Source: Isurus oxyrinchus
Lineage: Eukaryota
DNA length: 64,000 nt
Assembly: GCA_026770705.1 (NCBI GenBank)
Contig: JANJGN010000006.1
Location: forward strand, 72,540,001 to 72,604,000
Direction: 5' to 3'
Below, one piece after another: positions 51,991 to 64,000 of the stretch. Position numbers and translations under genes: made by a program. The notes under the pieces were generated by a model. That model had not been told where the DNA came from. It ran no database searches and worked only from the letters and a program-made list of their open reading frames with translations. Every line of letters starts with the position of its first letter. Within the stretch, counting starts at the first letter, position 1.

Positions 51991-52267
51991 GTATCCCTCT
52001 TCACAAATGCTGTCAGACCTGCTGAGTTTTTCCAGGGATTTTTGTTTTTGTTCTCAGCCAAATAAGCTTGTTCATTTGACAAACAAATCCCACCCTATTA
52101 TTAAAAATCTTAATCCTTTTCTTTTTACAGAAATCTATTAAATGCCTCAAGTCTATTCCATTCCTTCAAAGGCCTTCATTGATGATTTGATTCATAAAAA
52201 CTATATTCATTCAGTACAAGAGTTTTGGCTACCTTCCTTCCTCACTCCTAATTTTCTGATTTTGTTC

Positions 52268-53602
52268 TGTTATGTTTTGTTCTGTTCTGTTAGGTAATAG
52301 AGGCAGTTTAAGTAAGTTATATTTGTATTTGTAGGCATTAGGAATGAATTTTAGCTTTAAAATTTAAGTTTGATTTGTATTTCTATATCTGTGTGTTAAG
52401 AAAGGTAAAATTGAGTTTTAGTTTCACTTTAAAAAGGGTGCTTGCATTTTTGATGAGAGTTTTACAACCGTATCTAAGTTAAACAAATAAGAATAGAAGA
52501 ATTAAGCTGTTGCCTAGTAACAGGGGTCCAGAGAGGCAGGTCCCTCCCACAGACACACACAGATGAAGAGAAACTGTTGGGGTTCAGCTAGTTTTGAAGA
52601 TAGCAGCCAAAGAAGCAGTCTGGAAGGGGAAAATAGCCAGATCCAAACAAAAAATAGTTGAATGTAGCTTCCAGAGGGAGGCTGGAGCAAATGGGACAGA
52701 AAGAAAGCCCCAAGCTAACGAAAAACCCCAAGTATGCAGGGGAGTGGAAAAGGGGAAAGTCCCAAGCAGACCTTCTAGTTAAAGGAAGAACAGGTCCTGT
52801 TAATTAAGTTAAGAGTGAAGGGCAGCAGCCTATAGCCTCAGGTTTAAAGAGACAAAAGCTGCAGAAAGCAGATTTAAAGTGAGATTAGCTTGCAAGAGGC
52901 AAGAAGGTCCAAAGAGATGGCTGAAATCTATAACTCTTTGCTATGGCATGTGAAGCAGTGGTAGTGTTGACGGCTGAGTCGGTGTGAGAGAGAGTCTATA
53001 GAAGACAGCTTGAATGCATGTGGTAGCTCAGGGAAGTGGAACATCAGAAGGAGAGTTTGAAACCCTGGAGGTGAACCCTCATGGAAGGTGTCTGAGAGAA
53101 AGCATTGGTTTGGGAGAAGATTTCAAGACTAAGTCTTGGCGAGTGGAGATTGGAAACCCTCATGTGAAAGAGAGAGTTCAGTGAGACTGGTTGGCTCACA
53201 GTGTGAGAAGCATCTGGGGGGAGTTGAGGAGAGATCCTTAGCATCTGGTTGAGGTGGCATCTGTCACTTGGTTTCAGTGTGGTCTGTCTGACAGGCTGCC
53301 TATTGTAACATGGTACTTACTGTGGACATGAGGATATAAGATAGCTTTTGTAACTTGTGTTATCCTTACAAATCTGTATACATCTGTAAAGGTATATTTG
53401 TAGGTAAAGGAGTATTGCAATATAGTTCATCTTTTCTTGTTTAATACATTTTTTTGTTAAAAGTTCATCAGCTGACTCCTGAGACTCTGTTCAGTAGCTA
53501 CTCTCCACATACCTAAAAAAAAATAAAAGTTAGGACCTATCAAGCTGGGGTCTACTCTGGGATCAGGCTTGTCCAGGGATAACCTCAACTGGGATCATAA
53601 CA
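52268..53602 (+). mobile_element. Solo LTR with 4-bp TSD
   Basis: tgttatg..cataaca inverted termini, GTTC on both flanks, aataaa near 53522. Confidence 0.85.
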
Positions 53603-53669
53603 GTTCTTATTTGAGTCCTTTGTGAAAGTTTTGTTTCAAATAGATTTATTAATTCCCTTCTGTAATGCT

Positions 53670-56600
53670 GAAAATCCCTGCACCTTTATATTGAGTGCAA
53701 CCTTATTTCAGGACCGGTTACTGTAGGAATTGTCCCTAGTTTCCCTGTCAATGGGATCAACCTGCTTCTAGGTAATAGCATAGTGTGAGCTAAGGTGGTA
53801 GCTTCCCCAGTGCTCTTAGAGAGAATGGATGAGGTCAGGGAGCTAGAGCAATTACAGGAGAATGTTCCTGTAATTTTCCCTGACTGTGTGGTAACCTAGT
53901 CCATGGCCAAACAAGCTCTGTCTGAGGAGGCTGCACTGGCACTGCACATGGATGACTCTGCTGCAGCCTGACTATCCAAAACTTTATTCAGACATTTAGA
54001 TGAGCCAAAGAAAGTATTAAGCAGGTTTTCCTTGGTCGGGGGCTCAACAACTGATCCAGTGTTAAAAAAAAGTTAGCAGAGACTGAAGTTGAAGTGGAGA
54101 GAGATCCAGAGTGCTACTATTTAAAGAACAACACTCTGATGAGGAAGTGGAGTCCCCTCATAGTCCTGTGGGTGAAGAGTGGACAGTGGCCCATCAGGTA
54201 GTAGTGCCTCCTAGATCATGTAGGGTACTATTTTGGATTGCCCATGAAATTCTAATGGCTGGACATGTCGGCATCTGAAGAACCGAAGCCTGCATAACCA
54301 GCATATTTATTGGCACACCTCCACAAGGATGTAATGGATATCTGTAAAACTTGCCACACATGCCAGGTTGTGGGGAGCCCCACCCTGCAATAAAGCCTGC
54401 TCCACTAATTCCCATATCAGCTATTGGCGAACCATCCAGCAGAGTGTTGGTGGATTGTGTGGGAACCCTACCAAAAATGAAAGGGGCCTATCAATATCTT
54501 CTTACTATCATGGATGCGGCCATCTGATTTCAAAAGACCATTCCCCTGAAAACTATCGCAACCAAAGCAATTCTTTACCCGATATGGGCTGCCTACTGAG
54601 GTTCAATTGGATCAGGGCACAAATTTTTTGTCCAGTAGTTTTCAAAATGTCATGAGTAACCTGGACATAACACAACTAAAATCCTCAGCCTATCATGCCC
54701 AGTTTCAAGGGGCTTTGAAATGATACCACTGGACCCTGAAGCCAATGACCAGGTCATACTGCTATGAGGACCCCCATGGCTGGGATTCCTCCTATTTGCT
54801 GCCAGGGGTTCACTACATGAGTCCACTGGTTTTAGTCCCTTTGAATTAGTTTCTGGGCTTGAGGTGAAATGTCCCCTTAAACTAATCAAGGAGATGGCTT
54901 TAGAGCAAAGGGAAAATACTTCCTTGTTGGTCTGTGTGTCTGTGTTCCATGTGCTATGGCTCAGGAACATCTTAAAACCTCAATTGTGAAAAGGCAGGCT
55001 GGTCGACATGTCAAAACCAGAACATTAAAGGAGACCAAGTGCCAGTGTTACTGTATTTAGGGGACGACCCGCTGAAAGCCAAGTTGAGTGGCACATACAG
55101 TGTAGTAAAGAGTATTGGTGAAGTCAATTATTTAATTGACACCCCAGACCATGAGAAAAAGCAAAGGCTGTGTCATGTCAACATGTTAAAACAATATTAC
55201 AATCAGGAAGGGGACAAACAAATGCATTTATGCCGGGTCTGAAGAAGGGACATGTGGATTTGAAATGTTTATTTCTCCACAGACACTGCTAGGCATGCTG
55301 AGTTGTTCCACAATTTTCTGCTTTTGTTTAAGATTTCCAGCATCTGCAGTTTTTTGCTTTTATCACAGATATGCCAGGTAGTGAGGAAAGAGGAGGATGA
55401 AAGGAACAGTGAGGACGAGCTAGAGGGAGAAGGAAGCCTGGATAATTCCCAAATTGAATTCCCTACCGTCAGATTAGCTGACACTGAATTGCTAGGGAGG
55501 CTGGACACCATGCTCTCTTATTTAGGTGCAGAGCAGAGAGGAGACATAACAAAGTTGCTTGCAGCATTTAAAGAGATCTGTAGGGACAAGCCAGGATGCA
55601 CGACCCTAAACGTACATGATGTAGATGTAAGAGAGACAGTAAAGCAAAATTCCTATGTTCCAAGAAATTGACTCAGGCTTGGGAAGAAATTAAGTGCATG
55701 CTGGAGCACCACTTGATTAAGTCCAGTCACAGCAGCTGGAGTTCTCCAGTTGTACTCGCGCCCAAGCCCGAAGGCTTAATAAGGCTCGACTGATTACAGA
55801 AAAATTAATGCAGTGCCAAAGCTGACTCCTACCCGATCCCTCGCCTGGCAGACTATATTGACAGAGTAGGAAACTCCACTTACATCACACAAATAGACTT
55901 GTTAAAAGTGTATTGATAATTAAGTTCGCCTCACTACCCGAGCTAAGGAGATCTTGGCTTTCATCAAACTAGAAATTTTACTCAAATACTGAGTAATGCC
56001 ACTTGGGTTACAAAATGGTCCAGCCACCTCCCAAAGGCTGGTGAACCAGGTAACTGTGTACTGTACCTGGATGATCTTACTTGTATACAGTGATACCTGG
56101 AGGGCCTAGGTAGATCAGTTAGAAGTCTTCTTCCGAAGGCTACAGGCTGCTGATCTAATGGTAAATCTTGCAAAGAGAGAGTTCGCTAAAGCTCAGGTAA
56201 CTTACCCAGGGCAAGTTGTGAATTAAGGGTGGGTGTAGCCAGGGCAGCGAATGTACAGATGTTGGTTGATTTCCCTGATCAAACAACTAAATGGGAAATA
56301 ATGCAATTTTAGGGATGCGTTGGTTCCATTTCACATTCATGCCAAACTTCAATGCTTTAGCCATCCCGCTGACAGACCTGCTACAGAGAAAAGCAAATGT
56401 AATGTGGTCTGAGTGGTGCCAAACATTTTTTGAGCTGCTGAAAGCCATATTAACCAATGGACTGTTAACCAACCCTTTAAAGGGGCAATCGATGCTAGTG
56501 ACATAAGGCTAGTGGCAGTCCTCTTGCAGAATGATGGATCAGGCATTGAAAAACTGATAGGGTATTTTTCAAACTAAATTGAACAGGCAGCAAAAGGGGA

Positions 56601-57093
56601 ACTCCACTGAAAGAAGGAAACTCTTGGACTGTTACTGGCTCTCAAGCACTTTGAAATATATGTCCGAAACGAATTTAGAGAAACTTTTGACTACACGCCT
56701 TAACATTTGTGGAGAAGTTCAAAAGCCATAATGCAAGGCTATTTTGATGCGCCTGTTTTGCAGCTTTATCACTTAAAGATTACACACCTTGCAGGAAAAA
56801 GCAATGTGATCGCTGATACTTATCTAGAGTTTAACTCAGTACCAAAATCATCCTAAAAATTATGGATAATGGGAAATCAGTTCCAGGCTATAAAAAATGT
56901 AGCCACAGATCCTGATAAAATAATAAAATCGCACTTACTATCACACACACATGCGTTCAAGAGTTCACAATCACATACGAAAGTAAGTTACAAAGTGGGA
57001 GGGTTAAATTGAGTATTTAAGTGTGAATGTGTGTCTAATTTTTTTCTGAATGAAAAATTGTAATGAAATGCTTATTTCATCTTGGCGGGGAGG
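53670..57093 (+). mobile_element. Gmr1-like Gypsy internal region (PR-IN-RT-RH), degenerate, 5' part missing
   Basis: GPVTVGIVPSFPVNGINLLLGN ~53710; IAHEILMAGHVG 54237 and CKTCHTCQ 54343; RVLVDCVG ~54440; WSSPVVL..DSYPIPR ~55740-55845; YLDD 56064; IDASD 56488; PPT ggcggggagg 57084-57093. Confidence 0.88.
55239..55369 (+). mobile_element. Short Penelope-tail insertion with hammerhead-like core
   Basis: ctgaaga..gaaa followed by Penelope-type tail; flanked by tatgccgggt / tatgccaggt. Confidence 0.7.
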
Positions 57094-58149
57094 TGTTATA
57101 AAATTCATGTTTTGTATCAAAAATTACATAATTTATAGAGTGGGCTAAAACCACTGAATAAATAAAAAGACTGAACGACAGCATTTTAAATGGCTTAAAA
57201 AGCAGCTTATTAGGTGGCCAAACATTTGCACAGCTACACCCTACAAATTCCGAAGCCTTTCGAATGAAGTCAGTCTGTCCAGAGGTAGCCCCCAGAGATG
57301 AGTGCAAATGATCCATCTCCTGAACCATTCACAAAATATCTAGACATCACCTTTGTATACAGCTGGGTATGGAACAAGCCATTAAACTCAATCACTTTGA
57401 ACAATGGCTGAGAAAGTAATTGCACTGACTATAATTTAATAATTTCTACACAATGGACCTGGAATCAGCTTGCTATGGCCATGTTTGGGTAACTGGTCAG
57501 TTTTTGAGGGGAGATCATGTGATGAGCAAAATAACCCTCTTTGTGTTTTAAGAAATTGTTTTTTCAAGGCCAGGCAGAAGAAGAGAGTGAGGTCAGAGAG
57601 TAAGACTAGAAAGACCCTAAGTAGGCACTAGAAACCATTCTGCATTCTTGTGCCCTGCCTATTGCTTGACAAGCTACATGCTGCAGGCAGCATTAAAAAA
57701 AATCAACCCAGCAGCTGCTGACTCCAAAGGAAAATATGGAAATCGTGCATGAATTACCTTGATGCAGAATCCGGAATGACAGTCGAGCCTAGTCTGAAAC
57801 TACTTAAGTGATCAATCTACAAGGCTCTTAAACAATTTAATCTACCCTCCCACTTTGTAACTTACTTTTGTTTGTGATTGTGAACTCTTGAATGCATGTG
57901 TGTGAGATAGTAGGTGCGATTTTATTATTTTCATTTAAATCAGGTGTCAAGTATACCAAATACCTTTTCCTTTTCTTTTAAAAAAAGTATAAGTAAACCC
58001 GTCACTGTGTGGCTTTTACAGTCACAGAACTTAAACAGTTAAGCCCTCACTGAATTGGAAATTGAACTCTTAAAAAAACACTTGTTGCGGCCAATCAAAG
58101 GGTGGAATGAGAGGGGAGCCATTCTACCACTTCTCACCTGACTGTAAGA
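57094..58149 (+). mobile_element. 3' LTR of the Gmr1-like element
   Basis: tgttat immediately after the PPT; ends ctcacctgactgtaaga, similar to the end at 29440-29457. Confidence 0.65.
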
Positions 58150-58320
58150 CTCTGGAAAAGCATAGACTTTGGGTGATATCTCTGAAGAATTTAAAATGAT
58201 TAAGGGACCAGTTTATGCTGTCAAAACAGACAATTTGGACCAGACACAATTAGAGAAAACTAAGGGTCATACATATAAACAGCATGTGCACAGAACCAGA
58301 TTAGATATCAGGAGGTAAAT
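58150..58320 (+). mobile_element. Ancient CR1 ORF2 C-terminal fragment
   Basis: Degenerate LEKHRL.GDI..FKMIKG..TKGHTYK..RLDIRR (cf. LEKRRLRGDL..TRGH). Confidence 0.55.
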
Positions 58321-59299
58321 ATTTATAGCAGTCGGTAATTTTTTTTTACATTCTTCTTCTCTCCTGTATATTTTTAACAAGATTGTTTGAAAATTTACAT
58401 CCAGTGTCATACCTGGCCTTTACCTGACCCTGTCTGTATTCCATAGAATTAACAAAATCAAGTTATAACATGGCCAACCTGGTTCGGATTTGTATGCTAA
58501 GAAACAACTTTGCAGCTGAGTCCATCCTCACAAAATGTGGAGCTTTGCAACAAGGGAATAGAAAGTTTGCAGCCAGTACTGTAAGGAAAACTGATCCAAT
58601 GATTTATGTTTCTCTAAGGGCTCTAGAACATTTGAGGAGCCAAAACTGTACACCATGAAAACAGAGAAAGTGAGAAATTTCAGTATGGTTCACATTATTC
58701 ACTTTAATCAACAAGTCATGATTAATTTACCTTTCCTGGGTGCAGCTCGGTTGCCAGCATTTTTATGAATTAACTTATTGAGCATCAGTTTTGTTGCTTT
58801 CAAACAAAAATAAAAATTGGCACACTTATGTCTGGAACATGGTGACATCAACACTTATATTTTTGGCTTTATATCATTGCAAAATTGGTTTTTGGATTTG
58901 TTTTTCCAAAATAAATTAGAGAGTAAATTTTTAAGAGGTAAAAAAATACAAAAATGCTGAATTGCTAAATTCTGAATTAATTAATGGCTGGAAAAGTAAG
59001 TAGATCGTAATCAACATCAGAAAGAGAAAAGTAAGTTTATGAACTATATGTGTGGGTTATTCTTCATGACCTCCATGGTAAAGGGCAGAGAATGATGAAA
59101 ATTTGGGCAGTGATGTCTACCTCTGTGTCAAAGCCTGACCTGAAACCTGTGGCAAGCTATCTCCAATTTGACTTCCTGAACTCAGGAATGAGCACCTAAT
59201 AGTCCCACGGAAGGTTACAGCACAGAGGAATGGAATTCAGTCATTAATGCCTGTGTTGGACCTCTGCTGGAGTAATTCAAGATTATAATGTTCACAAGG

Positions 59300-59930
59300 A
59301 GTTTTAGTTCTGTAATGAATTTTAGTTGTGGACAACATTAATTGTACAGTTTTAGATAGCGCCATATATGAAAATGATTGATTAGAATATTATCTTGATT
59401 CATTAAGTAGTGAGAATCAACAGTAGGTCAAGGAATATAAATAAACTACTTGCTTTAGGTTTGGCAATGACAACACACTGAGGCAAATAAAGGCAGGTCC
59501 TTGTAAAATAGTTGGAGTAAGCTATCTTAATACTGATGCACATGTTGCTGAATAAACCTTCTATAAAATGGAACAAATAAAACTTGACATGGGAAATGTT
59601 GCCTGTTAGCTTGGAAAACCAAGAAAATAAAATGATTTTTAAAAGTACTCTAGCTGCAGAAGCATTTGCTTTTGTGGAAGCAATGAAATGGGATTCAATT
59701 TCTCAGAAGTCAACTTCTGTACAATGAGTTTGCCTATTGAATGTTATGCGGGAAATAGTTTTTATGCGAGAACTATACTCCATGAAAAGTGTGAGTGAAA
59801 AAAGGTTGCCAATGACCTTGCTGGCTTGGTGCAAATGCTAAAGGGAAAAAAAATCAATAATTAAATTGTTTCACTAAAATGTAGGTATACAAAGAAATTA
59901 TTAGGGATGTGGAACTGGGGTGTCTTGCAA
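59300..59930 (+). mobile_element. Copia-type RT/RNase H relic
   Basis: LAWKTKKIK..KSTLAAEAFAFVEAM..LPIECY..KSVSEKRL..DLAGLVQML, matching the Copia RNase H pattern WxSKKIxRVVxSTLAAE..EKRLRIDI. Confidence 0.75.
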
Positions 59931-60869
59931 TATTGTGCTTTGTGCAGAAAATGGAAATATTTTGATTTAATTTTTTTTTGGTTATACAAATTAAGTCTAA
60001 TTTTTATTTAAAGTGTTACAATCCCTGTGGGGCCCAATAACATGAAAGAATCAAACTTTCCAAATGACCCCAATGGAAGAACCCAATGGACAAGATATCT
60101 CTTTTTAAAACTTTTACTGTCACAATTGAACAAAAATCAACAAAACTAAATATAAACTAACTGGCAAATTGTATTCAGTAACAACTATGGCCCAGCTCTT
60201 CCAATCTCCAGGACGGTCATACCCCGGAGGTACCCAGAAGAAGTGCTAGGGGATCCCTGGAATTCCCCAAGCAAGGACTGCACAGGAAGTTTAAATTTCC
60301 AATGGGCAATTCTCCTGCATGTGGAACCATCTGACATTTTAACTTAACTAAGAATAATTGGATGGTTCTGACTTTCTTAGCAGAATGGTTACTTAGAAAA
60401 AATGAGAAGGATAAAACCACTTCTAATTCCTGGGTAACGATGGTACTGACCCTCCCAACACCCTATTGGAGCCCCTGGCCCCCTTACTACCAGCCAGTAT
60501 CAACAAACACCCCCAACCCCGAGCCCCCCTGACCACCGAACCCCTGCCCTGACACCCGCTGATCACCTGAACCCACCCGACCACCCCAAGCCTACCCCCT
60601 CACCCACTTACCTTACATACTTAACTTCTCCCTGGCTTCCCAAAGTGGCTGGGATCTTTAAACTTTCCTGGTTTGTGTCAGCCAATGCTACTCCCCTGCA
60701 TTGGAAGGAGTCTGGAACTGCTGCTTTGCACATTTCTTACCAGGTCCAATATAAAAGATGGGCTGAGAAACGTGCAGTCCCAAACTAAAGTAGGTAAAAA
60801 GGGGCAGAGTGGTAATCCAATGGTGAAATGCCACTCCACAGAAGTTCTGACCCTATAAATTACATTTTA

Positions 60870-62326
60870 AATATGCTCAATGATGGGCGAGCCCAGCACA
60901 TCAGTGCAAAAGATAAGGCTGAAGCATTTACAACATTCTTCCGCCAGAAGTGCCGAGTGGAAGATCCATCTCGGCCTCCTCTGGAGGTCCCCAGCATCAC
61001 AGATGCCAGTCTTCAGCCAATTCGATTCACTCCACGTGATATCAAGAAATGGCTGAAGACACTGGATACTGCAAAAGCTATGGGCCCTGACAAGATTCCA
61101 GCAATAGTACTGAAAACTTGTGCTCCAGACTTGCCACACCCCTAGCCAAGCTGTTCCAGTACAGCTACAACACCAGTTATGTGGAAAATTGCCCAGGTAT
61201 GTCCTGTACACAAAAAGCAGAACAAATCCAACCTGGCCAATTACCACCCTATCAGTCTACTCTCAATCATCAGTAAATTAATGTCAGGGGTCATCAACAG
61301 TGCTATCAAGTGGAACTTGCTTTGCAATAACCTTCTCACTGACACCCAGCATGGGTTCTGTCAGGGTCACTCAGCTCCTGAACTCATTACAGCCTTGGTT
61401 CAAATATGGACAAAAGAGTTGAACTCAAGAGTTGAGGTGAGAGTGACTGGCTTTGACATCAAGGCAGCATTTGACTGAATGTGACATTAAAGAACCCTAG
61501 CAAAACTGGAGTCAATGGCAGTTAGGGTGAAAACTCACTGCTGGTTGGAATTCAAGCCACACAAATGCCAGGCAATGACCATCTCCAACAAGAGATGGCC
61601 CAACCATTGCCTCTTGACATTCAATGACATTACCATCACTGAATCCCCAACTACTCACATCCTGGGGGCTACCATTAACCAGAAACTGAACAGGAATAGC
61701 CATATAAATACTGTGGCTACAAGAGCAGGTCAGAGGCTAGGAATCCTGTGGTGAGTAACTCACCTCCTGACTCCCAAAAGCCTGTCCACCATCTACAAGG
61801 TACAGGTCATGAGTGTGATGGAATATTCCCCACTCACCTGGATGAGTGCAGCTTCAACAACACTCAAGGAGCTTGACATCATCCAGGACAAATCAGCCCA
61901 CTTGATTGGTACCCCATCCACAAACATTCACTCCCTCTACCGCCGACGAATAGTGGCAGTAATGTATCCAAGCTACAAGATGCTATGCAGGAACTCACCG
62001 AGGATCCTTAGACAGCACCTTCCAAACACAAGACCAATTCCATCTAGAAGGACAAAGGCAGCATACACATGGGACCATCACTGCCTGGAAGTTCCTCTCC
62101 AAGTCAGTCACCATCCTGAATTGGAAATATATCACCGTCCCTTCACTGTCACTGGGTCAAAAACCTGGAATTTCCTCCCTAACAGCACTATGGGTGTACT
62201 TATATAGCATGTACCACAGCAGTTCAAGAAAGCAGCTCACCACTACCTTCTCAAGGGCAGCTAGGGATGGCAATAAATGCTGGCCCAGCCAGCGAAGCCC
62301 ACATCCCATGAATGAATAAAAAAAAA
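60870..62326 (+). mobile_element. LINE (CR1/L2 group), 5'-truncated with internal deletion
   Basis: KAMGPDKIPAIVLKTCAPDL; WKIAQVCPVHKK..NYHPISLLS..DIKAAFD; tail caataaatgctggcccagcc..atgaatgaataaaaaaaa. Confidence 0.9.
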
Positions 62327-64000
62327 TACAACAAAAGTAAATCTCATGGATTTCTCAGGCAGCAGTATTAGAACATATGCTGCAGCATGTGCAGACCCTC
62401 ACAACTCTATCTTCCTCTAGTAGATTTCAACCACTCTTGGTCACACAGTATCTGGTTGTCAAGTAGCCTCTCATAACTGCTTTACTCCATTTGAGATCCA
62501 CAGAAAAAAATATCCCCAACAAGACGCACTTCTGCAGAAAATCTTTCACTCAGATCATAACAATCCTGATAGTATAGATTTCCTTCAGCCTTCAACTGAC
62601 CACTCAATAACAGCCTGGCACATGGTATGGTCTGTTTTGTTAAAAACCACCCAGCTCTTTCTCGTGTGTGCATTGCTCACAAAGCTTTTTAAGTTTTAAT
62701 CTTTTCAGCTGGCTCTCATGCACAACTTCTCTAAGAGTCCCTGTGTCTGTTCTCTTTCTGCTGTGAAAGACTGAGCTTTTATAGCCTGCTTGTTCCAACT
62801 ACAGGCTGAAATCTTATCTCCCATTGTGTTTATTCAGTGCCAACTCATGCCCCCAGCAACCCCCAGTACCCCTTATAGCCCCCATGCCAACTCATGCCCC
62901 TAACTATCTTCCATGGCCCCTCACACCCTCAATGCCAACTCATGGCCCTTCAATGACCATTCACTCAGTTTACATTATGTACAGAACCAATGAGCCATAT
63001 GGTAACAATGGCACGTGTTCAGAAAAAAACTCCCATTCACAAATCTTCTTTTGAAAAAAGAAACTGCTATTCCTACAAACCTAGGAAAGTATCACTCAGT
63101 CAGACAATTGTGAGGTATCAATAACAGAAGATTCAAACACACTGCACCTCTAAGTCTTACGTAAATAAACATTGATATTGCCAAAAGAGAGAATGGCTTA
63201 TTATAGTCACTTAAAGATGTCAATCAAGCAAAACCAACAGTTCTCTCCAGACCCCCCTGCTGAGATAATCCATTAATTTAATGAGTCTGGGCTCTTGGTC
63301 AAGCACGCATAATGAGGACAGGTGTGAGAACTATTTCAGTAGGATTGTTGTTCTGTAAATCACTGCCTGAACTTGTTCTTTAGTGAACAACATTTTTCTG
63401 ACTTTTGTGGAATAAAGTAGCTGCATAACTGAACTATTGTTGTCATGTCCGACCCTGTTGTTAGTAAGGAATTAAATCCTTACAACACACATTGCTGTGG
63501 TGAATGAAGGTGCATTGTTACACATTTGCACATTTTTGCAATGGTCTCAGGTATACATATTGCTGCAATGGATTAACAACTTTATGTATATTTGAATAGG
63601 TTTCAATCAGCCTTGTACCAATACATCAATATAGTCATAGATGTATGACTTGCTGAACAATTGTTTACAGTTACTTTGAACCCCAGGTTTAAAATGTTCA
63701 GTCTTGTGTTTCAACCTGTTTATGTCTTTCTTCCTTCCTAAATCTGAAACCACTGCCTGCACTTCAACTACTCACATTCCTGGGCACTCTTTTTCCTCTG
63801 ATTCTAGCGTTTTTGTGACACCCTCTTTCTTCACTGCACCTTTGGCCACAATGGTTTTCACAATTTTCAATCCCCTCATTCTACACCTCCCATTTCCTTA
63901 AAACATTCTGGACATTCCCTCCTAAAACCTACTTCAGCTCTATCGATTTTACTTTACACTTCTGTGCAACACCTTGGAATATTTTCTAGATTAAAGTTTC

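Larger units (their letters stand above)
48830..52055. mobile_element. Second Penelope-like insertion with inverted arms (frameshifted)
   Basis: Minus arm 48830-50790 with KLADKGG, GMAMGTRMGPSYA, WYIDD, LLYIGG; plus arm ~50790-52055 repeats RT C-terminus, GIY-YIG and tail; no TSD seen. Confidence 0.92.

Noticed and set aside
52268-53602. Solo LTR as the 5' LTR of the adjacent Gmr1-like element
   Set aside because: It has its own GTTC TSD, no PBS follows it, and it does not match the LTR at 57094-58149
1-64000. CRISPR array, prokaryotic operon or phage/defence system
   Set aside because: No regularly spaced repeats or dense coding; sequence is eukaryotic transposon-rich DNA and many ORF-track starts are non-ATG

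Overview
Eukaryotic, repeat-dense, apparently intergenic or intronic DNA. The repeat mix (CR1 with 5'-truncated 3' tails, L2, RTE, Penelope, Mag- and Gmr1-type Gypsy, Copia, Harbinger/Myb elements, tRNA-SINEs) suggests a vertebrate, most likely a cartilaginous fish; this is inference from family resemblance, not a search. No host protein-coding exon could be supported, and nearly every recognisable ORF is a transposon fragment. Best-supported structures: (1) a head-to-head Penelope insertion (31767-35239) with a 15-bp target-site duplication (TSD), a 539-codon open RT+GIY-YIG frame and hammerhead-like motifs in both tails, plus a second similar insertion at ~48830-52055; (2) a full-length Mag-type Gypsy (36008-40219) with GGAGG TSD, tRNA-Ser PBS and PPT, whose RT appears replaced by a coiled-coil-like segment; (3) three copies of a Harbinger-like element with an intron-containing Myb/SANT gene, 3-bp TSDs and no recognisable transposase; (4) a LINE whose 5' end is a tRNA-type SINE head, with a matching short SINE; (5) a Gmr1-like (PR-IN-RT-RH) Gypsy, solo LTRs and a Copia RNase H relic; (6) a perfect 47-bp inverted templated insertion. 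Coordinates were read by eye: TSD/TIR-defined ends are near exact, other boundaries are approximate.
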